Origin: Planctomycetota bacterium
GTDB taxonomy: Bacteria > Planctomycetota > UBA8108 > SXIK01
Assembly (NCBI GenBank): GCA_965223265.1
Contig: OZ244999.1
Location: forward strand, 4,412,188 to 4,476,187
DNA length: 64,000 nucleotides
Reading direction: 5' to 3'
Part shown: positions 20,357 through 30,800 of the stretch, piece after piece
Layout: every line of letters starts with the position of its first letter
How positions within the stretch are numbered: the first letter of the stretch is position 1
Made by a program: the position numbers and the translations under genes
The notes under the pieces: model-generated
Told to the model about the DNA's origin: nothing
The model's database searches: none
What the model saw: only the letters and a program-made list of their open reading frames with translations

Positions 20357-20383
20357 CTAGATTGTTCCTAGAGATTGTTCTAG
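20357..20383. promoter_or_regulatory. Direct repeat CTAGATTGTTC CTAGAGATTGTTCTAG in the 5' region of the giant gene (candidate operator)
   Basis: Two copies of AGATTGTTC, 6 bp apart and flanked by CTAG, lie ~110-135 bp upstream of the giant gene ATG (20246, minus strand), within a locally AT-richer 317-bp intergenic region. Confidence 0.3.
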
Positions 20384-20563
20384 TCGAGTGTCGCCCACCC
20401 GCCGGCCGAATGCAAGCTTAACATTATCGGGCTACCCCAACGGCCAGAGCACGCGAGGCACTCCCCCCAAACAACGGCCAGAACGGTCTTGATCGCACCG
20501 TTTTCGGATGCGCGCAATCGCCGGCGCATCACGCCGCGCTCCACCGGCACCCGCGGCGCACCT

Positions 20564-21826
20564 TCAGTTGACGCCGTCTCCGAGACGCCAGAGCGCCAAG
20601 CCGCTCCACAGCTTTGGGTAAAAGTAGGTCGTTTTGTGCGGGAAGACCTCGTGCCCCTCGACGACGCCCCGAAACTCGTCGCGACCTACAGGCTGCATGC
20701 GAAAAAGGACGTCGCCGTCGCCACGCTCGAGCGCCACCCTCTCGCCAGTCCCCTCCTTGAAGTACGTCACGCCCGCAGGTGCTACGCAGCTGCTCAGCCA
20801 ATCGCCGAGCACGACGTCTTGGAGCAAACCGTAACTGGTCGCGGCGACACCTTGGCGGGCACTCCGGAGAGCCGAGGGAAATCGCACCGGATACCCATCG
20901 CTGGCAGTCTCAATGACCATGTCCCAAGCCTCAGCGGCGGCGACTTGTTCCATCTTCGGGAGGACGCGCTCCAGGGCCTCTGCCGCAGACATGCCCTGCA
21001 GCTTCACCATACGATGTGTCGCCAGGATCGACAGCCCATCGCTGAACAGATTCGCAAACGTCATGAGCTGCCAGTTCGCGGCGGCGTCCCCGTGCGCGAG
21101 CTCGTCGCGGTAACGCAGCCCCATGGTGTAGCGGTGATGTCCGTCGGCGATGATCGGATTCTGTGCAGCGAATAGCGTGGTTAATTGCGCCACATCGGCG
21201 TCTGCCCCGATGCGAAAGAGCGCGTGACGCTCACCCGGCTTGGCCTCCACTTCGACGACGGGCTCACCCGCAGCATTCGCCTCGAGAATCGCATCGATGT
21301 GCCGTTCAGGATCCGAGTAGAGGAGAAAGATCGACTCGAGATGGGTTCGCGTCGCATGCAAAAGCTGGAGCCGGTCGTCCACGACCTTGGGGAACGTCTG
21401 CTCGTGCGGCAAAACCACGCCGTCGGCGAAAGGATGCAGCCTTCCAAGCGCGAGGAGCCCGTGGAAACGCCGCGCCGCGCCGCGCCCGGAAGCCTCTTCT
21501 ACAGGCACGTGGTAGTCGACGGTGTAGACGTAAAATCCGGGTGTCTCGTCCTGGCGCAAAACCCCTTTCCCCAGCCACCTCTCCAACTCGCGCGACCGTG
21601 ATGCATAGTCCACCGCCCCTGCCGCACTGTCGGCATCAGAAGCAGCGCCTAAGGTCAATCGCGTCACGTTGTAAGGTGAGCGCTCGAGCAGCTCGGCGTG
21701 CTGCGAGGGCGAGATCACGTCGTACGGAGGCGCCGTAACGGCCTCCGCTACAGCACGCTCGGGTGGTTCAATCGACCTGAGAACTCCGACGTCGTAGCGG
21801 AGAGCACGGAGAGGAGATATGTCCAT
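20564..21826 (-). CDS. DUF1015 family protein
   Basis: MDISPLRALRYD... N-terminus and overall similarity pattern to the conserved DUF1015 family. Start chosen at the internal Met (coordinate 21826) that matches the family N-terminus; the longer ORF to 21913 is possible. Confidence 0.65.
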   Translation of the reverse strand: MDISPLRALRYDVGVLRSIEPPERAVAEAVTAPPYDVISPSQHAELLERSPYNVTRLTLGAASDADSAAGAVDYASRSRELERWLGKGVLRQDETPGFYVYTVDYHVPVEEASGRGAARRFHGLLALGRLHPFADGVVLPHEQTFPKVVDDRLQLLHATRTHLESIFLLYSDPERHIDAILEANAAGEPVVEVEAKPGERHALFRIGADADVAQLTTLFAAQNPIIADGHHRYTMGLRYRDELAHGDAAANWQLMTFANLFSDGLSILATHRMVKLQGMSAAEALERVLPKMEQVAAAEAWDMVIETASDGYPVRFPSALRSARQGVAATSYGLLQDVVLGDWLSSCVAPAGVTYFKEGTGERVALERGDGDVLFRMQPVGRDEFRGVVEGHEVFPHKTTYFYPKLWSGLALWRLGDGVN

Positions 21827-21839
21827 GTGGGCGTTGGCT

Positions 21840-23162
21840 TCACTTCTTGGATGGAGTCGACGCGGACGATGCGCGCGCCAAATCCGCTTTAATCTGGTCG
21901 TAACACTCGACAAGGCTGATCAGCGCGTAGGACGTGTCGAGCAGAGGCAAGTTCTCCATCCAACGGTCGCTCGTGTTCACCCAGCTTCCATCACTGGCCT
22001 GCATCCCGATAAGCTTCGCGCTCAGTTCAGCCGCCCAGTCGCGCGGCTCGCCCTTCGCGTCCTTGATCGTTGTCTCGCCGTAAAGGCGCAGAGCCTTCGC
22101 CATCGTGTGATAGTAGTAGAAGAGACCGTGAAGCCCAGCGCTGGGGTTTCGTGCGGTGGCCATCCCCGGATTGAGGTCGATGCTATAGTTGCGCGAGATC
22201 CACTCAACCAAGCGGCGAAAGTCAGGGTCGCTACGCTCGACTCGGGCGTGCAGGAAACTCTTCAGCGCCGCATAACTCATGCTGCCGTAGGACGAAAACA
22301 CCCGAACACCTCCGTCGAGCGTCTCGATTGGCCCGCGTGTGGTGTTCGGCGAATAACGTGCGCCGCCGTCGCCCGTGCTGCCGATGCCTTTAGCGCCTAA
22401 TCTCGGGTCGACGTCACCCGGTCGGTTGAGACACAAGCGCAGGTACGGCTGAACATGCGTCCAGAGCTCGTCGCTCGGTGAAAGTCCGGACGCCACCAGC
22501 GCATCGAGGGCGAACTGCGTGTTTGAGAGGTCGCCGCGAAGCCCGCTGCCATAGCCGAAGCCGCCGAAGTGAAGATGCCTCTTCGGGTCGTAACCGGCAG
22601 CTGGCCCAAACTGCAGCCCACGCACGTACTCGCGAGCCCTAGTGATCGCGTCAGCGTATTTGGCGCGATCGAGCTCAACGAGTGCGAGGATCGCCACAGA
22701 GGTCTTGTAGTTGGGTAGTGTCGGGTCCTTGAGGTCGAAGAAGGCGCCACTCTGCCGTTGCCGCGCCAGGATGAAGTCTACCGCCGCCGAGATGTAGGGG
22801 CCGTCAGCCTCCGTGTAGTCGCGAGGATTCCGCGCCAAGGCATAGAGCGCGAAGGTTGTCAGCCCGAGATCCGAGGTGTTCTTCACCCTCACATAAGGAC
22901 CGTCACCGTACGGGCCGTAGCCACCGTCCGGGTTCTGTCGCTGCGCAATCCAACGCGAGCCGAGGTCGACAGCCCCCTTGATCCTACCGAGAAGCTGCTC
23001 GCGCTCGTCCGTCAAGGCCACATTCGAGAGCCCCAGGGACGCCACAAACGCGACGGCGCAGAGGAGCTGAATCCGCCCCCAAGCTCGGCGTCGTGAGGTG
23101 CTGAAGAGAAACATGTCGAACATCTCTGCAGGCGAAGGCGCCGAAAACGCCGTCCACAACAT
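21840..23162 (-). CDS. Secreted prenyltransferase/squalene-oxidase repeat protein
   Basis: Signal-peptide-like N-terminus. Repeated QxxxGxW/ DGG(Y/W)G motifs (QNPDGGYGPY, QRQSGAFF, MQASDGSW) typical of terpenoid-cyclase/prenyltransferase alpha-alpha toroid repeats. AAGGAG lies 8 nt upstream of the ATG at 23162. Confidence 0.7.
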   Translation of the reverse strand: MLWTAFSAPSPAEMFDMFLFSTSRRRAWGRIQLLCAVAFVASLGLSNVALTDEREQLLGRIKGAVDLGSRWIAQRQNPDGGYGPYGDGPYVRVKNTSDLGLTTFALYALARNPRDYTEADGPYISAAVDFILARQRQSGAFFDLKDPTLPNYKTSVAILALVELDRAKYADAITRAREYVRGLQFGPAAGYDPKRHLHFGGFGYGSGLRGDLSNTQFALDALVASGLSPSDELWTHVQPYLRLCLNRPGDVDPRLGAKGIGSTGDGGARYSPNTTRGPIETLDGGVRVFSSYGSMSYAALKSFLHARVERSDPDFRRLVEWISRNYSIDLNPGMATARNPSAGLHGLFYYYHTMAKALRLYGETTIKDAKGEPRDWAAELSAKLIGMQASDGSWVNTSDRWMENLPLLDTSYALISLVECYDQIKADLARASSASTPSKK

Positions 23163-23299
23163 AGTCGCGCTCCTTTTCTGCTTCTACTGTGCCGCGTCTT
23201 TCCCGGCGCCCTATCGACCGTTACGATCCTTCGAAAGTCTAACCGCGCCGACACCGAAATTCGAGCTGCCGCAGCGACGATCGCAAGCGCGCAGCGAGC

Positions 23300-26200
23300 T
23301 CACGCCGGGAAGTAGTCCTGAAGACTCCTCACCCCGAAATCTCGCTGCTTCAGGGCGCTGACTCCGCGCACGGCAGCACGTGCCGCCGGAATCGTCGTGA
23401 TGCACGGAATGTTCAGTTGGATCGCCAACTCGCGAATCTGCGCTTCGTCAAACTGCCGCCCACGACCGGAAGGTGTGTTGATGATGAGTTTGACGTCCCC
23501 CGATCGCATCAGATCGAGAATGTTCGGCTCGCCCCGACGAATCTTCTTGATCTCCGTAACGCCGGAGATGCCTGCGGCACTGAGGCGCCGCTTCGTTCCA
23601 GGCGTCGCGATCACCTCGAAGCCAAGCTGCAAAAGGTCTCGCGCGATCGCAGGCATGTACTTCTTGTCGCGATCGACGACGCTCAAGAAGACCTTCCCGC
23701 TCAGTGGCAACCCTTGCGTCGCCGCCATATGCGCTTTCGCGAAGGCCATACCGAAGTCATCGTCAATCCCCATGACTTCTCCCGTCGACTTCATCTCGGG
23801 TCCGAGGATGATGTCGGTGCCCGGAAAGCGGTTGAACGGGAAAACGGACTTCTTCACAGCGATGTGGTTGACTCGCACCTCGCGGACAAACCCTAAATCA
23901 GCGAGGCGACAGCCGATCATCACCTTCGTCGCCAACTTCGCCAGCGGCACGCCGATCGCCTTCGAGACGAACGGCACCGTGCGCGATGCCCGCGGGTTGG
24001 CTTCGAGCACGTAAACCTTGTCGCCTTTGATTGCGAACTGCACGTTCATCAGCCCGCGCACCTTGAGTCCTTCGGCAAGCAAGCGCGCCACCCGACGAAT
24101 CTCGCGGAGCACGCCCTCATTCAGCGAGTAGGGCGGCAGCGTACAGCTCGAGTCGCCGGAGTGCACCCCCGCCTCTTCGATATGCTCCATGATTCCTGCG
24201 ACCACAGTCTGCTCTCCGTCGGCGATGCAGTCGACATCAACTTCAATCGCCTCCTCCAGGTATTTGTCGATCAGAATCGGGCTACCTGGATTCACGTCCG
24301 CCGCAAACTCGATGTACCTTCGCAGCTGCGCATCGTCCCAGACAATCTCCATCGCACGCCCACCGAGTACGAATGATGGTCGGACGAGAACGGGATAGTC
24401 GATCTCGTGCGCAACGCGCAGAGCGCCTTCGAAATCGGTTGCGGTACCGTTCGCCGGCTGCATCAGGCCAAGGCGCTGGAGAAGATTCTTGAACTGCTCG
24501 CGATCCTCGGCGAGATCGATCGATTCCGGTGACGTCCCGAGAATCGGCACACCGGCTTCCTTCAGCCCGCGCGCCAGATTGAGTGGAGTCTGACCACCGA
24601 GCTGTAGAATGACGCCTCGTGGTTGCTCACTGTCGTAGATATTGAGAACATTCTCGAGAGTGAGCGGCTCAAAGTAGAGCTTGTCCGACGTGTCGTAGTC
24701 AGTTGAGACGGTCTCGGGGTTCGAGTTGACCATGATCGACCCCCATCCTTCTTCGCTGAGGGCGAAGGCGGCGTGGACGCAGCAGTAGTCGAACTCGATT
24801 CCTTGGCCGATGCGATTCGGCCCGCCTCCGAGGATCATCGCCTTGTTGCCGGAAGCACAGCGATTCTCATCCTCGTACTCGTACGTAGAGTAGTAGTATG
24901 GCGTAAACGCCTCGAATTCGGCCGCGCACGTATCGACCAGTTTGAACGTCGGTCGCACCCCTGCCTGCTTGCGGTGCTCACGCACCTCAGACTCCGTGCT
25001 GCCCCAAGCCACGGCCAATTGACGATCGGCGTAACCAAGTCGTTTGGACTCCTGGAAAACCGAAGCGGGGACATCATCGACCGACTGATAGAGTGTTAGC
25101 TGATCCTCATACTCAACCAGCTCCTGAATGTTGTCTAAGAACCAAATGTCGATCCCCGTGAGATCGCTGACCTCTTCGACGCCGAGGCCACGCTTCAGCG
25201 CGTGACGAACGAAAAAGAGCCGCGAGCTATTCGGCGTCTTCAGGTTGGCTCGAATCTCGTCCAAAGACAGCCGCTCGGAATCATCCTCTTGGCCGCCGAG
25301 GCCGAGCCCCGCGGCCTTCGCCTCGAGCGAGCGGATCGCCTTCTGCAGCGATTCCTTGAACGTGCGTCCGATCGACATGACTTCGCCTACCGATTTCATA
25401 CTCGTCGTCAGCGTCGGGTCGGAATCTGGAAACTTGGCGAAGTCGAATCGCGGAATCTTGACAACGCAGTAGTCGATCGACGGCTCAAAGCAGGCGGGTG
25501 TCTTTTTGGTGATGTCGTTGGGAATCTCGTCGAGCGTGTAGCCGACCGCAAGACGCGTCGCAATCTTAGCGATGGCGAAACCCGTTGCTTTTGATGCCAG
25601 AGCTGAGCTGCGGGAGACGCGAGGATTCATCTCGATGACAATCATCCGTCCGGTGCGTGGATCGGTCGCGAATTGAATGTTCGCTCCGCCTGTTTCGACT
25701 CCTATCCGACGAATGATCGCCAGCGCGGCGTTGCGCATCGTCTGATACTCTTTGTCAGTCAGAGTCTGCGCGGGAGCGACGGTAATACTATCGCCCGTGT
25801 GAACGCCCATAGCGTCAAAGTTTTCGATCGAGCAGACGATCACGACGTTGTCGTTACGATCGCGCATCACCTCGAGCTCGAACTCCTTCCAGCCCTCGAC
25901 GGACTCCTCGACGAGGATTTCCGACGTCGGGCTGGCGAGAAACCCAGCGCGGCAAATCTGGCGGAATTGGTCAGCGTCATACGCCATTCCGCCGCCGGTG
26001 CCTCCGAGCGTGAAGCTGGGGCGAATCACCATCGGCAGTCCGATGTCGCCGAGTGCGGCCTCCGCCTCGTCCATGTTCCGGAGGACCGCGCTACGCGGCA
26101 CTTCCAGGCCACAGTCCGCGACCGCATCTTTGAACAGCTGTCGATCTTCGGCGCACTGAATCACGTCATAGCTCGCGCCCAAGAGCTCGACACCGTACTT

Positions 26201-26527
26201 GTCGAGCACTCCCGCTTCCCACAACTCAGCTGCGAGGTTCAGCCCGGTTTGGCCCCCGAGTGTCGGCAGGAGAGCATCCGGTCTTTCCCGGTCGATGATC
26301 TTGCTGACGGCAGCAAGAGTCAATGGCTCGACATAGGTGCGGTCACTGAACTCCGGGTCCGTCATGATCGTTGCCGGGTTCGAGTTGACCAAGACGACGC
26401 AGTAGCCTTCTTTCCTCAACTCCTTGCATGCTTGAGTCCCGGAGTAGTCGAACTCGCAAGCCTGGCCGATGATGATCGGCCCCGAACCGATCAGGAGAAT
26501 CTTCTCTATGTCGTCGCGTCGCGGCAT
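23300..26527 (-). CDS. carB: Carbamoyl-phosphate synthase large subunit
   Basis: 1075 aa. Duplicated ATP-grasp halves ([15 protein letters not shown]...; [16 protein letters not shown]...). C-terminal MGS-like domain. Confidence 0.95.
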   Translation of the reverse strand: MPRRDDIEKILLIGSGPIIIGQACEFDYSGTQACKELRKEGYCVVLVNSNPATIMTDPEFSDRTYVEPLTLAAVSKIIDRERPDALLPTLGGQTGLNLAAELWEAGVLDKYGVELLGASYDVIQCAEDRQLFKDAVADCGLEVPRSAVLRNMDEAEAALGDIGLPMVIRPSFTLGGTGGGMAYDADQFRQICRAGFLASPTSEILVEESVEGWKEFELEVMRDRNDNVVIVCSIENFDAMGVHTGDSITVAPAQTLTDKEYQTMRNAALAIIRRIGVETGGANIQFATDPRTGRMIVIEMNPRVSRSSALASKATGFAIAKIATRLAVGYTLDEIPNDITKKTPACFEPSIDYCVVKIPRFDFAKFPDSDPTLTTSMKSVGEVMSIGRTFKESLQKAIRSLEAKAAGLGLGGQEDDSERLSLDEIRANLKTPNSSRLFFVRHALKRGLGVEEVSDLTGIDIWFLDNIQELVEYEDQLTLYQSVDDVPASVFQESKRLGYADRQLAVAWGSTESEVREHRKQAGVRPTFKLVDTCAAEFEAFTPYYYSTYEYEDENRCASGNKAMILGGGPNRIGQGIEFDYCCVHAAFALSEEGWGSIMVNSNPETVSTDYDTSDKLYFEPLTLENVLNIYDSEQPRGVILQLGGQTPLNLARGLKEAGVPILGTSPESIDLAEDREQFKNLLQRLGLMQPANGTATDFEGALRVAHEIDYPVLVRPSFVLGGRAMEIVWDDAQLRRYIEFAADVNPGSPILIDKYLEEAIEVDVDCIADGEQTVVAGIMEHIEEAGVHSGDSSCTLPPYSLNEGVLREIRRVARLLAEGLKVRGLMNVQFAIKGDKVYVLEANPRASRTVPFVSKAIGVPLAKLATKVMIGCRLADLGFVREVRVNHIAVKKSVFPFNRFPGTDIILGPEMKSTGEVMGIDDDFGMAFAKAHMAATQGLPLSGKVFLSVVDRDKKYMPAIARDLLQLGFEVIATPGTKRRLSAAGISGVTEIKKIRRGEPNILDLMRSGDVKLIINTPSGRGRQFDEAQIRELAIQLNIPCITTIPAARAAVRGVSALKQRDFGVRSLQDYFPA

Positions 26528-27159
26528 AATGTCTCGTTTGTAATCCTACCCGGCAACCTCATCCAATCTGTTCACCGCCGCAGCGACAGCGGTCGACGCG
26601 GGCAACGCTGGCCCGAGGTCTCTCGCCCGATCAACACGCTGAGCTCGGAGTTCTTAGTAGATCAAGGCCGGCAAGCTCTGCTGACCTCCCGAGGAGGTCG
26701 ACCGCATCCATATCCATTCCCGTTGGCGGCTTTGCGAGCGGACTTTCCGACACCGCCGTCGCGACCGATCGGCGCAGTCGTGCGCAACGACCGCGGATCT
26801 GCCGCGGCGCTGGTCGGACAGTGACCGAGCTCCCAAAGACCACTTCGATCTTAGGAAAAACGGCTGCGCCCGGACAGTCACCACCACGATCTCGAGTGCA
26901 AAATTTCGGGAAGTTAGCACACAACGCACGCGGTTGCAACTTCTTGCGCGAGTCTGGCTGCACCGATAAGCTCTCGAGTGGCTCGCCGCGACGTTTCTGG
27001 CTGCTCCGCGCTGCCCACGGGCCTGTTAGGCAGGGACGCCGAGGCCCTCTGCTCCCCACTCACCTGGTTGTGTGTTAGGGTGTCGCGACGCACGACCTGG
27101 AGAAGAAGAGCGGGGCCGCTTGATCCGCTCCCGTCGCCGGCCGCACCAAGGAGAACCTT

Positions 27160-28272
27160 GTGAGCTATTCCGAAGTCAAAGCTCGGCTTGGCGAATTCCT
27201 CAATCGGATCGACGACATTCGCCACACGGTCGATGTCGACGCCAATCTGAAGCGCATCGAAGAGCTCGAAGCGAAGATGGCGGCTCCTGGATTCTGGGAC
27301 AACAACGAGTCGGCGCAGGAAACGATAGCGCTCGTCAAACGGCTCAAGAGCGACACCGACCCGGTCGTCGAGCTGACGGAGCGCCTGATCGAACAGCGCG
27401 AGCTCGCCGAACTCGGCGAAGCAGAGGACGACTCCGACACTCTCGCCGACCTGACATCCGAGCTCGAGTCGGTCGGGACCGCCCTCGAGGAACTCGAGCT
27501 GAAGGCGACGCTCAACGAGCCACATGACGGCAACGACGCGTTCATTTCGGTTCACGCTGGTGCCGGCGGCACGGAGTCGTGCGATTGGGCCTCTATGTTG
27601 GCGCGTCAATACGTACGTTTCTGCGAAAAGCAAGGGTTTGCAATCGACGAGATCGACCGCCTGGCTGGCGAGGAAGCGGGAATCCGCAGCGCCATGTACT
27701 CCGTCAAGGGGCCGTACGCGTATGGACTCCTGAAGGCAGAAGTGGGCGTCCACCGACTCGTCCGCATCTCCCCATTCGACGCCAAAGGACGGCGGCATAC
27801 CTCGTTCGCCGCCGTCGACGTCATGCCAGACCTTCCTGAAACTTCTAAGGAGGTCGAAGTCAACCCGGCAGACCTGCGCGTTGATACCTACCGTGCCGGC
27901 GGCGCCGGGGGCCAACACGTCAACAAGACCGATTCCGCCGTGCGCATCACTCACCTGCCGACCGGAATCGTCGTGCAATGCCAGAACGAGCGCTCGCAGC
28001 ACTCCAATCGTGCCACCGCGATGAAGATGCTCAAAGCACGCCTCATTTTAGAGGAAGAGAAAAAGCGAGACGCGGAGTTAGCGAAGCTCTACGGCGAGAA
28101 AGGTGAGATCGCCTTCGGGGCCCAGATTCGATCCTACACGCTGCAGCCGTTCACGCTCGTCAAGGACCATCGCACGCAGCACGAGTGCGGCAATGCCAAC
28201 GCTGTGCTCGACGGCGAGATCCTGGCGTTTATCGATGCGTACTTGAGACATCGCCGCCGGAAATCGAACTGA
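27160..28272 (+). CDS. prfB: Peptide chain release factor 2
   Basis: SPF tripeptide (SPFDAKGRRHTS) and GGQ motif (RAGGAGGQHVNKTDSAVRITHLPTG). GTG start with AAGGAG 8 nt upstream. The whole protein is in one frame, so no programmed +1 frameshift. Confidence 0.9.
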   Translation: MSYSEVKARLGEFLNRIDDIRHTVDVDANLKRIEELEAKMAAPGFWDNNESAQETIALVKRLKSDTDPVVELTERLIEQRELAELGEAEDDSDTLADLTSELESVGTALEELELKATLNEPHDGNDAFISVHAGAGGTESCDWASMLARQYVRFCEKQGFAIDEIDRLAGEEAGIRSAMYSVKGPYAYGLLKAEVGVHRLVRISPFDAKGRRHTSFAAVDVMPDLPETSKEVEVNPADLRVDTYRAGGAGGQHVNKTDSAVRITHLPTGIVVQCQNERSQHSNRATAMKMLKARLILEEEKKRDAELAKLYGEKGEIAFGAQIRSYTLQPFTLVKDHRTQHECGNANAVLDGEILAFIDAYLRHRRRKSN

Positions 28273-28323
28273 CGCGTATCGATCCGGCGAAACCTGGCCA
28301 AAAAACCGACGCGACCTTCTGTC

Positions 28324-29265
28324 ATGACTGCTCTCCGCCCAGCCAACGTGAAGCCGTTCGCCCAACGTCTTGAAGAAGCGATCGATGCCAAAGGAAGCTG
28401 TCTCGTTGTCGGCCTCGACCCAATCCTCGAGCGCCTGCCGCCAGATAGCCTCGCAGCGATCGGGCACCGAGCCTCGGGCTCTGAGGGAGAAACCGCGCGC
28501 GCCGCGGCGTCCTTCGGGCTCTTTTGCCGCGTGGTGATCGAACAGGTCGCCGACGTCGCCGTCGCCGTCAAGCCGAACATTGCCTTCTTCGAGCGCTACG
28601 GCGCCGCAGGGCTCGACGTCTTGCGGTCGATCTCGAAGGAAGCGCAGGACGCTGGTCTACTCGTCATCCTCGATGCCAAGAGAGGCGATATCGGCCACAC
28701 GGCCGAGGCGTACGCCGAAGCCCTGCTCGGCACCACGAACGACACGCTCGGGCCCCACGTCGACGCGTTGACCCTGAATCCGTATCTCGGGCGAGATTCC
28801 ATCACGCCGTTCGTCGATCGAGCGCAAGCGCTGGGTCGCGGACTGTTCCTGCTCGTGCGAACTTCCAATCGATCCGCAGCGGACTTCCAGGAGCTCGAAG
28901 TCGCCGGCGCGCCGCTGTACGTCGAAGTCGCGCGCCAGGTTGCTGCTTGGGCGACCGAGTGCCGAGAGAAAGACGGCTGGAGCTGCATCGGCGCCGTGGT
29001 CGGCGCCACGTCGCCCGAAGCCGCGGCACAGATACGGGAGATCCTTACCGCCAGCTATTTCTTAGTGCCTGGGGTCGGAGCACAGGGAGGCGATCCAAAG
29101 GATCTCGCGCCATATTTCGTCGCCGGAGGCCACGGCGCGATCATCAATGCGTCGCGTTCGATCATCTTCGCGTACGAAAGTCGACCAGGGCCATGGCCTG
29201 ACGCAATTCGCGCCGCGGCACAGGAGACACGCGACACACTGGAGATGGTGCGCACGGGCCGCTGA
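28324..29265 (+). CDS. pyrF: Orotidine-5'-phosphate decarboxylase (long type-2 form)
   Basis: DAKRGDIG active-site lysine motif. Length and pattern match type-2 OMP decarboxylases. Confidence 0.85.
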   Translation: MTALRPANVKPFAQRLEEAIDAKGSCLVVGLDPILERLPPDSLAAIGHRASGSEGETARAAASFGLFCRVVIEQVADVAVAVKPNIAFFERYGAAGLDVLRSISKEAQDAGLLVILDAKRGDIGHTAEAYAEALLGTTNDTLGPHVDALTLNPYLGRDSITPFVDRAQALGRGLFLLVRTSNRSAADFQELEVAGAPLYVEVARQVAAWATECREKDGWSCIGAVVGATSPEAAAQIREILTASYFLVPGVGAQGGDPKDLAPYFVAGGHGAIINASRSIIFAYESRPGPWPDAIRAAAQETRDTLEMVRTGR

Positions 29266-29392
29266 CGCGCTGCACCCGTCCGGGACCATAGCGGACCATG
29301 GTGTCAGTACACCCCGGCGACTCGATGCGATCCCGATGATCGCCATGCCAGTGTAGCCCCGAGTGAGGCCGTCGACTCACCGGTCGGTCGGA

Positions 29393-30352
29393 TCACGGCA
29401 CAGCGCTGGAAGGCGACTCGGCGACATCGGCAGCACCACCGGTACCTTTGCCGCTTCGCGACGACGCACTGAGCATGGCGCGACGCTTGGCGCGAATCGC
29501 TCGCTGTATACGGCGCATCCGCTCTCGGGAATGGGCGCCCTCGGCAGTGCCGTTGCCGTTCTTGATGCCGCCGTTCTTACTGCCCCCGTTGGCGCTCGTG
29601 GCGTCGTGGGCGGTCGCCAGCTGCGATCTGTAGCAGGCATCGGCGCGATCGAACGCCGCCGCCGCTTGCACAAAGAAACCTGAGTTGTAGAAGCTGCAGC
29701 CGACCTCGTAGTAGCCCTCGTACGCGCCCAAGTCGTACATCAAGTCGTAAAAGGTCTCGATGCCGTTCTCGTAGGCCAACGCCACGAAGTCATTCCTGTG
29801 AATGTAGAGAGAACGAATGAAGAGTTGGATGCGCGAGAAGCTTGCGAGGTGCTCCTCAAGGCGCAGCCGCGCCCGACCGAACAAATAACGAATGTGCTGC
29901 AGCTTGTGGGGAAAGAGCGTGTGAGCTTCATCGAGGATGTGTCGCAGCTCGACTTCCGCGTCGTCGCGCTCATAGAGCGGCGCGTACGTGATGACGTTGT
30001 AGTGCTCTTCCTTGAGAATCGAGATCTCGTGAAAGATGTCGGCGACGTACCGGTCCAGGAGATCGGTCTGATCTTGACCTCGAAAGACGAGGTGGCACAA
30101 ATCCTTGAGCTCGTGGATATATCCGTTCCGAAGGCGCTCAAGGCCCTTGAGGTCGAGCAGGCTCGCCAGCTCCTGTGACTTGAGCCGCAGGTCGGCGCGC
30201 GGGATCCCCAAAAGCTCTGAGTAGCTCGAGACCTTGTTCTCGTAGCGCTCGAACTGCTCCATGAAGGCGGAGTGCGAGCGGTAGAAAAGCTCGACGATCG
30301 TCCAGATCCTCTGACCGAGCTCCTGCTCGACCGGCGAGAACCGATGCATCAT
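29393..30352 (-). CDS. Hypothetical protein (all-alpha, C-terminal Gly/Asn/Ser-rich basic tail)
   Basis: 319-aa ORF with locally distinct codon usage and no recognisable motif. Clean start MMHRF. Confidence 0.5.
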   Translation of the reverse strand: MMHRFSPVEQELGQRIWTIVELFYRSHSAFMEQFERYENKVSSYSELLGIPRADLRLKSQELASLLDLKGLERLRNGYIHELKDLCHLVFRGQDQTDLLDRYVADIFHEISILKEEHYNVITYAPLYERDDAEVELRHILDEAHTLFPHKLQHIRYLFGRARLRLEEHLASFSRIQLFIRSLYIHRNDFVALAYENGIETFYDLMYDLGAYEGYYEVGCSFYNSGFFVQAAAAFDRADACYRSQLATAHDATSANGGSKNGGIKNGNGTAEGAHSRERMRRIQRAIRAKRRAMLSASSRSGKGTGGAADVAESPSSAVP

Positions 30353-30800
30353 GTGTACTACCTCCCCGTGCTCCGGACGGCACCCAGCCCACTAGAACCG
30401 GCAGTCGAAGCCGCGTCAATGTCCTGCGACCGGGAAATTCGCGTGCCAAGGGCAAAGTGGGGCGAACGGGTGAGCGCGCCGTCGACGAGCCCGGCCTTAA
30501 CCCGTAAACTGGATCTTTTCCCTATCCCAGCTCTCCCGCCCTCAAGTGCCCAATACCCCTGCGGCCTACACCCAGGGTATCGGCTTTCAGGATCGGGGGG
30601 ATTTTGGGTGCGAACGGCTGTTTCCACCTGTTCCAGCAACCCAGGAGCCCCCAAGCGGGGTGTCAACAAGTTAGGCACCCCTCGAGCCGGGACCCCTCTC
30701 CTAAACTCCCTTGCCCCCCAAGAGGAACGCACCCGCCCGGTCGACGCTCTCGCATGGCCGTGGTCGGCTCGCATCTCTCAGATCTCAGGAGTCAATCTGT

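Noticed and set aside
20489-21175. 228-aa plus-strand ORF
   Set aside because: It is antisense to the DUF1015 gene and has Arg-rich translation.
25673-26824. 383-aa plus-strand ORF
   Set aside because: It is antisense to carB and has Arg-rich junk translation, so it is a shadow frame.
26914-28002. 362-aa minus-strand ORF
   Set aside because: It is fully antisense to prfB, has Arg/Ala/Gly-rich low-complexity translation and no motif. It is a typical high-GC shadow ORF.
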